Assembly (NCBI GenBank): GCA_964361595.1
Contig: CAYIAX010000001.1
Span: forward strand, 32,100 to 96,099
Direction: 5' to 3'
Source of the DNA: an uncultured Candidatus Saccharibacteria bacterium
Lineage (GTDB): Bacteria > Patescibacteriota > Minisyncoccia > UBA6257 > 2-01-FULL-56-20
DNA: 64,000 nt
Position numbers and translations under genes: made by a program. Shown one piece after another: positions 56,786 through 64,000 of this stretch. How positions within the stretch are numbered: position 1 is the stretch's first letter; each line of letters starts with the position of its first letter. The notes under the pieces were generated by a model. The model searched no databases. It saw nothing but the letters and a program-made list of their open reading frames with translations, and had not been told where the DNA came from.

Positions 56786-57184
56786 ATGAGTGGTCTTTCG
56801 AAAAATTGGATGATGCCGCCCCAAGGTGATTATTCCTCACGTAAAGAATGGGAAATAGCTTGCTGGCAAAAACTTTTAGACTCTACTGACTTGATTGATC
56901 TGCTTACCACCCCGCACGAACGCAGAGATTTTGTCATGCGTGCCGCCGCACTTAACATGATTATGTCTGGGAAAAGTTACCGCGAGATTGGCCGCGAGTT
57001 ATGGCTTTCTCCGCAAACAATAAGCGGGCTCAAAAAAGCCTTGGAGGAAAAAATTTATCGGAGCTATTTAGAGCGGAGTAAAACTGAACGCAAAAAGAGA
57101 GTATACAGTTCTAAGCCAGACAAGTTACAGCCGAAGCACCGTGGCATACCACGCCGGACCAAATACGGAAAGATTTACATTTGA
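56786..57184 (+). CDS. YerC/YecD (TrpR-related) HTH protein, leaderless
   Basis: MIMSGKSYREIGRELWLSPQTISGLKKAL matches the TrpR-like HTH. TACAAT at 56774-56779 lies 6 nt upstream of the ATG at 56786. The ORF track starts at a TTG at 56780. Confidence 0.5.
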   Translation: MSGLSKNWMMPPQGDYSSRKEWEIACWQKLLDSTDLIDLLTTPHERRDFVMRAAALNMIMSGKSYREIGRELWLSPQTISGLKKALEEKIYRSYLERSKTERKKRVYSSKPDKLQPKHRGIPRRTKYGKIYI

Positions 57185-57228
57185 AACCCGGCGACTAATT
57201 CTAAACGTTGTCCAAAAGCGACAAGCAC

Positions 57229-57254
57229 CGATGCTATGCTATAGCATAGCATCG
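57229..57254. repeat. palindromic repeat family copy d
   Basis: CGATGCTATGCTATAGCATAGCATCG. Confidence 0.8.
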
Positions 57255-57354
57255 TTGCGTTTGGCTTCAGGTTTTTAATTTTGGCCATTTAAATAGCAGT
57301 TTATTTAGATTTTATTTAAGTCGAATTTCTAATCTAAATTGGTATAATTTAAAA

Positions 57355-57702
57355 ATGTTGGCCGTCCGCAAGCCGAAGCTTTTACAGTTTACGTATCACA
57401 GCCGGGCGAAGATGCGCTATTGGGGGTTATCGGAGTCGCGCGTGAAGCATGCGATGCATTCGCCGCGGCGCGTCGAGGAGGGGATTGCGCCAAAGACGAT
57501 TGCGATGATGCAGCCTATCACCGTTAAGCGCGAACAGGGCCGCGAGACTTGGAAGCAGGAACTTTGGGTGATGATCCAGGATATGGGCTCGCGCCGGAAA
57601 ATCATCAGCGCCTGGCGCTATCCGGGCATGACGAAGCCGCGCGATGAAATTACGAAAGATTTTTTACGCCAGGAATACCGCGCTTACACGGCGCGGCAGT
57701 AA
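57355..57702 (+). CDS. DUF4258-like (toxin-like) hypothetical protein, leaderless
   Basis: 115 aa. FTYHSRAKMRYWGLSESRVKHAM fits the DUF4258 N-terminal pattern. Extended -10 TGgTATAAT lies 6 nt before the ATG. Confidence 0.4.
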   Translation: MLAVRKPKLLQFTYHSRAKMRYWGLSESRVKHAMHSPRRVEEGIAPKTIAMMQPITVKREQGRETWKQELWVMIQDMGSRRKIISAWRYPGMTKPRDEITKDFLRQEYRAYTARQ

Positions 57703-57857
57703 CAACATTCTCACATTCTCAAGAATATGAGAATGTTGTTTTGTAGCCTCTCTTCAATTCTTTACTCCGATTTTTCAGCGTCGGAGTACAAAGCTGAAGT
57801 GAGGGGCAGAAGCAATGTGAGATCGCTTCTGCCCGGATTGGAGGCGGCGATGCCTCC

Positions 57858-58376
57858 CTAGTTTGCGGTGGTGTGAGCGAGGGCCTGCGCGGTCCTCGCC
57901 TTGTTTACCACCGCCTGCGTCAGACGGTGGGCGCGGCGCACGAGCTGCGTGATCTCCTTGCGCGCCTCGGCGGTCTCGCGGGTGGTTGCGCCGAGCTTGG
58001 CGAGATCGCCCAGCGTCGCCGTGCGGCGCTGACGCTCGACGTGCGCCCGGCTCTCCGCGAGCTCGCGCTCGCGGCGCGCCTGCGCTTCCGCGCGCGCTCG
58101 CGCTGCGGCCGCGCGCTCCTGGATTTGACCCAGATAGCGCAGGGCCGCGGGCAGCGGATGGAGCCGCACGTCCTGCCTCCGCTCACGCTCGCGGGCGCAC
58201 CGCGAGCAGAGCGCGAAGCTCCGCACCTGTTCGTCCGTGAGGTCGGCGATCCCGACTTCACGGTCGAGGATGCTCTCCACGGCGGTCGCGATTCCGGCGA
58301 GCGCGAGGACGCGGGTGCCGCTTTTCAGCATTTGGGCACGGCAGCCGTGCCCAGCGCATTTCAAAATCTGTGGCAT
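57858..58376 (-). CDS. very high-GC (~70%) zinc-ribbon/coiled-coil hypothetical protein
   Basis: 172 aa. Strong AGGAGGTGG Shine-Dalgarno and TATAAT upstream on the minus strand. CAGHGC ... CSRC. Arg/Ala-rich coiled coil. GC-rich hairpins downstream. Confidence 0.5.
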   Translation of the reverse strand: MPQILKCAGHGCRAQMLKSGTRVLALAGIATAVESILDREVGIADLTDEQVRSFALCSRCARERERRQDVRLHPLPAALRYLGQIQERAAAARARAEAQARRERELAESRAHVERQRRTATLGDLAKLGATTRETAEARKEITQLVRRAHRLTQAVVNKARTAQALAHTTAN

Positions 58377-58496
58377 AAGCCACCTCCTGTCTTATATTAT
58401 ACCACTCACAGTAATAATGTCAAGGATAGGCATAAACCCGCATTTTAGCTATGATTTTATGTAAAGTGTTGAATTCAAATCTCGTCTAAACTCACG

Positions 58497-58937
58497 ATGA
58501 TCCTCACTTCACCGGCATTCGAGCATAACGGGAAGATTCCCAAAAAATTTACCTGCAGTAGCTTCGATGTAAATCCGGAACTGCAGATTCAAAATGTGCC
58601 GCCCGCGGCAAAGTCTTTGGCGCTCATTGTGGATGATCCAGATGCGCCGTCCGGCACCTTCACACACTGGACGGTTTGGAATATTGATCCTCGGACAACT
58701 TTCATTAAGGAAGAAAGCACGCCGCCCAAAGCCGTTGAGGGCATGACTGATTTCGCTAAAATCGGTTACGGCGGGCCATGTCCGCCTGCCGGCAAACCGC
58801 ATCGTTACTTTTTCAGACTTTTCGCTTTGGATTTTATGTTGGATTTGTCCGCGGGCGCAAACAGAAACGAATTGGAGTCAGCCATGAAAGACCATATTCT
58901 AGCCGAGGCGGAACTTATCGGCATTTATGGGCACTAA
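58497..58937 (+). CDS. YbhB/YbcL-family PEBP (Raf kinase inhibitor-like) protein
   Basis: 146 aa. DPDAPSG ... HW and GY ... PCPP ... HRY PEBP signatures. Confidence 0.7.
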   Translation: MILTSPAFEHNGKIPKKFTCSSFDVNPELQIQNVPPAAKSLALIVDDPDAPSGTFTHWTVWNIDPRTTFIKEESTPPKAVEGMTDFAKIGYGGPCPPAGKPHRYFFRLFALDFMLDLSAGANRNELESAMKDHILAEAELIGIYGH

Positions 58938-59006
58938 TTGATTCTTGTCTTGAACTTGCTGAAGGGTTACATTTTTCTCTTTTTAAACAAATAGTATAAT
59001 TTAGCG

Positions 59007-59375
59007 ATGACACCCCGTTCAGTAATTTTATTATTGCGTTTCGGCCTGGCTTTTGTTTTTGCCTACGCCGCGATCTCTTCGTTTATAAACCCGTTTAATT
59101 GGATCGGTTATTTTTCGTCATTCATGCGGAGCCTGCTGCCCGAAAACCTGCTGCTCATTGGATTTTCGATTACGGAGCTGTTTTTAGCTGTCTGGCTGGT
59201 TTCGGGAAAATATGCGGTCTGGGCTGCACTCCTAGCTTTCGCCATGCTCGCGGGCATAACCGTTTTCAATCTCCATGTTCTTGATGTGACCTTCCGCGAT
59301 GTCGGGCTTGCCTGCGCAGCGCTCGCGCTTTATTTCGCTGCGAAATCCGAAAAGCAGGCGAACCTGGGAAATTAA
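59007..59375 (+). CDS. DoxX-family membrane protein, leaderless
   Basis: 122 aa, 4 TM helices. TATAAT at 58995-59000 lies 6 nt before the ATG. Confidence 0.5.
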   Translation: MTPRSVILLLRFGLAFVFAYAAISSFINPFNWIGYFSSFMRSLLPENLLLIGFSITELFLAVWLVSGKYAVWAALLAFAMLAGITVFNLHVLDVTFRDVGLACAALALYFAAKSEKQANLGN

Positions 59376-59580
59376 CCGCCTAATTAGCTGGATCAAACTA
59401 AGCCCGATGGTTATCCACAGGTTGCTTGACGGAGAATAAACTTTGCTTTAAGCTCAATTTAATGGTTGCATATGGGAAATTGAATGTTTGCGCTATGACC
59501 CCCGTCTTTTTTGGCGTCCTTACGCTTATTGTGATTAAGACCAAGGTGGATTCAGGGGGTAGAGTATAAAATTGGACTAA

Positions 59581-59618
59581 AGAACTAAAACCCCCTGGAT
59601 CCAGGGGGTTTTAGTTCT
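59581..59618. terminator. 38-nt perfect palindrome / bidirectional terminator
   Basis: AGAACTAAAACCCCCTGGA / TCCAGGGGGTTTTAGTTCT. Confidence 0.6.
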
Positions 59619-59725
59619 GGCTTAGACGCTCCGCGGCTTTTATGAAAAAGATGCCGAGCGTCCAGGCCGTAAGTCGTGGTCTGGTTGGAAGGGCTCATTA
59701 ACAAATTAATAGGAAGGGAAAAACC

Positions 59726-60280
59726 GTGGAAACTGCGATTAAGGTGATCTTTACGGTTGCGGGAAACCCACTAAGCGAGGCGGTGGTTGAAAAATTGCGG
59801 GAATTGTCGCTTGCGAAAAGCGGCCCGCGTTCGCCGGTTTGCACAACCTATAGCAACCTCGCGGACCTGACCGGCGCGCTCGCGGCAGTCTCACCGGATT
59901 CGGTGTTGGCGCTCTGGGATGCGACATTCAAGTCGGGATGCCGGCGGCACTTCCGGCATTACGATGTAGGGACAAAAAAGCCCTGCTCGCTGCCGGAATG
60001 GGCGGCGAAGGTGCGGTGGGCGGTAGTTTTGAACGCCGGGTGCTTCGCCGAAGCCGCCTTGATGAAGGAGGGACGGAAAACTGCGGTGGATACGATGGTC
60101 CGCCGTTGCGCCGAGCAAATCCGCGCGAACTTCCTTGTCAAGTTCGCGGACCGCGTGAATGCGAAGGTTTTGCCCTGGGGGGAGCCCAAAAGCTCCCGGA
60201 AAAAGCGTGGCAGCTATCTCGCCCCGCGCGGTTCCTGGAGCACCTATCCGCGTGCAATCCACGCCAGTTCCCTCTGGTAA
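59726..60280 (+). CDS. high-GC hypothetical protein
   Basis: 184 aa. GC about 60%. No recognisable domain. Confidence 0.35.
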   Translation: METAIKVIFTVAGNPLSEAVVEKLRELSLAKSGPRSPVCTTYSNLADLTGALAAVSPDSVLALWDATFKSGCRRHFRHYDVGTKKPCSLPEWAAKVRWAVVLNAGCFAEAALMKEGRKTAVDTMVRRCAEQIRANFLVKFADRVNAKVLPWGEPKSSRKKRGSYLAPRGSWSTYPRAIHASSLW

Positions 60281-60616
60281 ATCCGGCGACGAATCGCAAG
60301 CAGCGCGCTTCGATTCATCGCAGCCGTCCCCGTGGGAATTCATTTCGGAGCATCCGGAGCTGATCCGTTTCATCAATGGATGCTAGTCTAGTGATCGGCA
60401 GCGATACAACATCGCTGCCTTTTTGTTGCAAGAAAGTAAGTCGCTTGTATCTTTTTTAGCAACAACATAAGGACAACTATCAATTTGTACCTTCGGCGCG
60501 AACGGCTTGCCCGCTACTGGCAGTAGGCGGTAATCCGCATAATATTCGCGCACAGCTTCGGTTGCGCGTTTTTTATTGCTAATGTGCTTTGTGTTTACGT
60601 AATTAAATCGAGAAGC

Positions 60617-60640
60617 AGTGCTATGCTATAGCATAGCACT
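60617..60640. repeat. palindromic repeat family copy e
   Basis: AGTGCTATGCTATAGCATAGCACT. Confidence 0.8.
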
Positions 60641-60700
60641 CAGCAAGAGTCGACAAATCCATTTTTAATGTGGTATAAATTTTGCAGCAGGAGGTGAATT

Positions 60701-61255
60701 TTGTCTGAAGCAACGCAGCCTCTCACAACCCCGCCGCCGGAACCCGTGCGGCGACGCATGCCCGCGGAGCGCAAATCGCTCACGCATAAGTTCTGCGTGG
60801 GCGGCCACGAGGGCTACATCACCGTGGGCCTGTACGAGGACGGCACCCTCGGTGAAATTTTTGTCGCGATGGCCAAGGAAGGCTCAACGGTTAGCGGCTT
60901 GGCGGATAGCTTCGCTATCGCCATTTCTCTAGCACTGCAGTACGGCGTGCCGCTCTCGGTGCTCACGGAGAAGTTCAGCCACACGCGCTTCGAACCCAGC
61001 GGCTGGACAGGCAACCCGGAAGTTCCCTACGCAAAGAGCGTTGTCGATTACATTTTCCGCTGGCTTGCCCTGCGCTTCCAGGTTGAAGCCGCGGCGCAAG
61101 AGTCAGCGGAAACGCCTACAATCGCAACGGATTTGCAGGGAAAGTTTGACTATCTGCCCATCTGCCTCGAATGTGGCGCGACGATGGAGGATTTGACCAA
61201 GGAGTATCGGTGCCGGAGTTGCGGGGCGCTGTCGCCAAAACCCCGAGCGCAGTAG
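60701..61255 (+). CDS. stand-alone TSCPD-domain protein with C-terminal zinc ribbon
   Basis: TTG start after a GGAGGTG Shine-Dalgarno. HKFCVGGHEGYITVGLYEDGTLGEIFVAMAKEGSTVSGLADSFAIAISLALQYGVPL matches the TSCPD fold seen at the class II RNR C-terminus. C-terminal CLEC ... CRSC. Confidence 0.5.
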   Translation: MSEATQPLTTPPPEPVRRRMPAERKSLTHKFCVGGHEGYITVGLYEDGTLGEIFVAMAKEGSTVSGLADSFAIAISLALQYGVPLSVLTEKFSHTRFEPSGWTGNPEVPYAKSVVDYIFRWLALRFQVEAAAQESAETPTIATDLQGKFDYLPICLECGATMEDLTKEYRCRSCGALSPKPRAQ

Positions 61256-61330
61256 GAAATTTCCTCTGCGCTTTTTATTTTCACCTACCAGAATGCCTCG
61301 TCGCTCTACGGCGAGGATAAATGGCGGAGT

Positions 61331-61392
61331 GAAAATAACCCTGCCGTCCCTTTGGGGCGAGTCTCGCCACGGGCGGGAGCCGGGTCGAAGAG
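61331..61392. repeat. GC-rich ~58-nt element, copy 2 (the paralogous copy is at 1772-1830)
   Basis: GAAAATAACCCTGCCGTCCCTTTGGGGCGAGTCTCGCCACGGGCGGGAGCCGGGTCGAAG is about 85% identical to the copy upstream of tuf. Hairpin-preserving substitutions. Confidence 0.65.
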
Positions 61393-61523
61393 TTAAAAAA
61401 TAATCCTGCTTGCCCGTTCCGAATCCGCCTCCGCCGATTGGCGGATAGCAGAGAAGGCGAGAGTTTATCAAAGGATTCCAATTTGATTTTTTGAAGCCTA
61501 GTAAAACAGATGAATGCACTCAA

Positions 61524-61553
61524 CTGGGTGCTATGCTGTAGCATAGCACCCAG
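61524..61553. repeat. palindromic repeat family copy f (one central mismatch)
   Basis: CTGGGTGCTATGCTGTAGCATAGCACCCAG. Confidence 0.75.
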
Positions 61554-61603
61554 CAAAATCAATTCTTGAGGAATCGTAAAATTGGAATTGCTATAATTAG
61601 CAG

Positions 61604-62857
61604 GTGACACTAAAAACTTTCTTCAGGCGCCTGGGGCCGGGGTTCATTACCGGCGCTTCCGACGACGATCCTTCGGGTATCGCCACTTATTCGCAAGCGG
61701 GGGCGCGCTTTGGGCTCACCACGCTTTGGACGGCGTTTTTTTCGTTTCCTTTTATGGCGATCGTGCAGGAGATGAGCGGGCGGATCGGGCTTGTAACCGG
61801 CCGGGGATTGGCGAGCGTGATTAAAAAGTATTTCCCCGGCTACATACTTTTTGCCGCGGTATTTCTGCTCATCGTCGTGAACACGATCACGATTGGAGCA
61901 GATCTGGGCGCCATGGCCTCCTCAATAAATTTGATTTTGCCTTTGCCTGTCTGGTTTTGGCTCGCAGTCTTTGCAGTCGGAATCGTCTGTCTGGAAATTT
62001 TTATCGCCTATAAGACCTACGCCAAATTTTTAAAATATCTTTGCCTCTCGCTATTTGCTTATGCGATTACGGCTTTTGCAGTTACTTCGGATTGGGGGTT
62101 GGTTATTGCTTCGGCCTTAAAGCCGGCCCTTGAATTCAATTCCGAATATTTTTTCGTACTCGCCGCGATCCTAGGGACGACGATTTCACCGTATCTTTTT
62201 TTCTGGCAGGCGGATGCGGAGGTGGAGGAAGAAGTCCGCAAACATAAGCTGACGCAGATGGGCAGCGGCCAACCCAAGCTTTTGCCAGGAGACATTCCCA
62301 AGATGCGCACGGATACCATTTTCGGCATGTTTTTTTCAAATCTCATCATGTTCTTTATTATCCTTACGGCCGCCCTAACTTTGCATGCGGCCGGACTCAC
62401 CGATATTCAAACCGCTGCTGATGCGGCCGAAGCCTTGCGTCCGATTGCCGGAGAATTCGCGTCGCTTATTTTCGCCTTAGGCATTGTCGGTACTGGGCTC
62501 TTGGCTATCCCGGTTTTGGCCGGTTCGGCTGCTTATGCGATTGCCGAAACATTTGATTTCAAAGAGGGCCTGTCGAGAAAATTCAGCAAAGCCAAAGCAT
62601 TTTACAGCATAATTATTTTTTCCACTCTCATCGGCCTTGTCATTAACTTTCTGCCCATACCCACATTCAAGATGCTTTATTACGCCGCCGCTTTGAACGG
62701 AATTTTAGCGCCGCCGCTTTTGATTTTACTGGTGCTTATCGCCGGCAGCCGCAAAATTATGGGGGAGAATAAGAATTCAACTCTTCAGAATCTTGCCGGC
62801 TGGTTTACCGTCGCGATGATGGCGGCAGTGGCGGTCGCGGTGATCGCGACGATTTAA
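61604..62857 (+). CDS. mntH: NRAMP-family divalent metal (Mn2+/Fe2+) transporter
   Basis: 417 aa. GPGFITGASDDDPSGIATYSQAGA N-terminal motif, 11 TM helices. GTG start 6 nt after the extended -10 TGcTATAAT (61589-61597). Confidence 0.8.
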   Translation: MTLKTFFRRLGPGFITGASDDDPSGIATYSQAGARFGLTTLWTAFFSFPFMAIVQEMSGRIGLVTGRGLASVIKKYFPGYILFAAVFLLIVVNTITIGADLGAMASSINLILPLPVWFWLAVFAVGIVCLEIFIAYKTYAKFLKYLCLSLFAYAITAFAVTSDWGLVIASALKPALEFNSEYFFVLAAILGTTISPYLFFWQADAEVEEEVRKHKLTQMGSGQPKLLPGDIPKMRTDTIFGMFFSNLIMFFIILTAALTLHAAGLTDIQTAADAAEALRPIAGEFASLIFALGIVGTGLLAIPVLAGSAAYAIAETFDFKEGLSRKFSKAKAFYSIIIFSTLIGLVINFLPIPTFKMLYYAAALNGILAPPLLILLVLIAGSRKIMGENKNSTLQNLAGWFTVAMMAAVAVAVIATI

Positions 62858-63027
62858 TTACGTACAGAATTACATAATTCCATACGTAAATTCCGGATTA
62901 TAACATCCTAACATTCTGGCTTGCCCGCCTCGGGAGGGAGAATGTTAGAATGTTGCTTTTTTAGCAACAGTTGTCAGATAACCGCTTTCACCTTAAACTG
63001 TTTTTGCGGTTTTTTGTAGTAACTACC

Positions 63028-64000
63028 ATGAGATTATCCATCGGTATCGTCGGCCTTCCAAATGTGGGCAAGTCCACGCTCTTTAAGGCGCTTACGAATC
63101 AGGAAGTGAATATCGCGAATTATCCGTTCGCCACGATTGATCCGAACGTCGGCGTGGTAACTGTGCCGGATGAACGATTAGAGACGCTAACGGCAATGAG
63201 CAAATCCAAAAAGACCATTCCCGCCGTGATTGAGTTTTACGATATTGCTGGGCTAGTGAAGGGCGCGAACAAAGGCGAAGGTCTGGGCAACCAGTTTTTA
63301 TCCCACATCCGCGAGACGCAGGCGATCGTGATCGTCCTGCGCGTTTTTGAAGACCCGAACATCATCCACGTCGAGAGTACGGTTGACCCGCTGCGCGATC
63401 TTGAAATTATCAAAATGGAATTGATTTTGAAAGATTTGGAAACCATTGAAAAAGTTTTCGCGAAACTGGAAGCGGAAACAAAAAGCGGTGACAAACAGGC
63501 CCAGAAAAATCTGGAGGATGTAGCAGTAATTAAAAAATCGCTCACCGCGGGAAATTTACTTTCAAGCTCACCAGATCTTATGTTTCTAATTCGCGCGAAT
63601 AAGCGAATAAGCGAACTGAATTTATTGACCGTGAAGCGTGAGCTTTATCTCTTGAACGGCAAAGCGAGCGATGTTTTTCCCGAACTTATAAACGCAATTA
63701 AAGCTGCGGGCGGGGATTATCTCGTAATGGATCTATCGCAAGGCGGGGAGATCGGCGAACTTATCCGCAAGGCTTACAGCATCTTGGATCTCATTAGCTT
63801 TTTCACGGCCGGCGAAGATGAATCGCGCGCGTGGACGATCGAACGGGGGACCAAAGCGCCGCAAGCAGCGGGCGTGATCCACACGGATTTTGAAAAGAAT
63901 TTTATTCGCGCTGAAGTTGTTGCTTACGATAAATTCGTAAGTTCCGGCGGCTGGGCGCAGGCCAAGCAAAAGGGTTTTCTGCGCGTGGAAGGAAAAGAAT
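63028..64000 (+). CDS. ychF: ribosome-binding ATPase YchF, N-terminal ~324 aa (3' end beyond window)
   Basis: GIVGLPNVGKSTLF P-loop, NYPFATIDPNVG, a coiled-coil insert and a TGS region start. The ORF runs off the window end. Confidence 0.88.
   Translation, partial: MRLSIGIVGLPNVGKSTLFKALTNQEVNIANYPFATIDPNVGVVTVPDERLETLTAMSKSKKTIPAVIEFYDIAGLVKGANKGEGLGNQFLSHIRETQAIVIVLRVFEDPNIIHVESTVDPLRDLEIIKMELILKDLETIEKVFAKLEAETKSGDKQAQKNLEDVAVIKKSLTAGNLLSSSPDLMFLIRANKRISELNLLTVKRELYLLNGKASDVFPELINAIKAAGGDYLVMDLSQGGEIGELIRKAYSILDLISFFTAGEDESRAWTIERGTKAPQAAGVIHTDFEKNFIRAEVVAYDKFVSSGGWAQAKQKGFLRVEGKE

Noticed and set aside
57873-58448. 191-aa + strand ORF inside the ~70%-GC island
   Set aside because: The antisense ORF 57858-58376 has a near-perfect Shine-Dalgarno plus -10 box and a zinc-ribbon/coiled-coil architecture. 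High GC inflates ORF length on both strands, so only the minus-strand gene is called.

Overview
This 64-kb window is from a bacterial chromosome of about 50% GC. It has many short genes, many DUF-type proteins, and few biosynthetic genes. It looks like a small-genome, possibly CPR/Patescibacteria-like organism. This is an inference and I cannot verify it.

Layout:
- 1-24988 is core housekeeping: the 3' part of fusA, a receiver-like ORF, tuf, rpsJ, proS, mreB-mreC-mreD-mrdA, a GIY-YIG minielement, a galT-like gene, rplU, ddl, murF-like, an ArsR-regulated hydrolase, a GT39-family membrane glycosyltransferase, a membrane-anchored VirD4/HerA-like ATPase, an FAD oxidase, two high-GC minus-strand genes, ndh and pgk.
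- From about 25 kb onward the region is accessory-like.
- 25119-25820 carries a roughly 700-nt GC-rich, ORF-free stretch with its own sigma70-like promoter and an intrinsic terminator. It contains GNRA and UUCG tetraloop hairpins. I call it a candidate large structured ncRNA of unknown class.
- Immediately downstream are two tandem cysteine-rich paralogs (25842-27083 and 27534-28148). Their N-terminal zinc-ribbon is almost identical, and the second copy is degraded.
- Next come a DHH/DHHA1 phosphoesterase, an RNase HI with a hybrid-binding domain, and an expanded RNase P RNA (about 608 nt, with an internal heptamer-repeat insertion).
- The remainder holds many small hypothetical, membrane and secreted proteins; msrB; an SGNH hydrolase; a PG-binding/FN3 protein; GerMN, YggT, PCD and sodA genes; and an IS481-family insertion sequence with an adjacent outward-facing consensus promoter and a high-GC lipoprotein gene.
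- It also holds a 3D-domain protein and a CPA2 antiporter bracketed by about 100-bp AT-rich direct repeats, tRNA-Gln(UUG) with an adjacent degenerate tRNA-like remnant, tsaC, an AI-2E transporter, a P2-type ATPase, a Cas4-like PD-(D/E)XK nuclease, a YerC/TrpR-like HTH protein, a DUF4258 toxin-like protein, a PEBP protein, DoxX, a stand-alone TSCPD protein, NRAMP mntH, and the 5' part of ychF.

Recurring sequence families seen directly:
- Six copies of a palindromic element with the core GTGCTATGCTATAGCATAGCAC.
- A duplicated roughly 58-nt GC-rich element that can fold into alternative hairpins.
- Many genes with an extended -10 box (TGnTAYAAT) 6-9 nt upstream of the start codon, which suggests leaderless mRNAs.
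- Scattered high-GC (60-70%) genes that look horizontally acquired.

No CRISPR array was found, and no rRNA was found.
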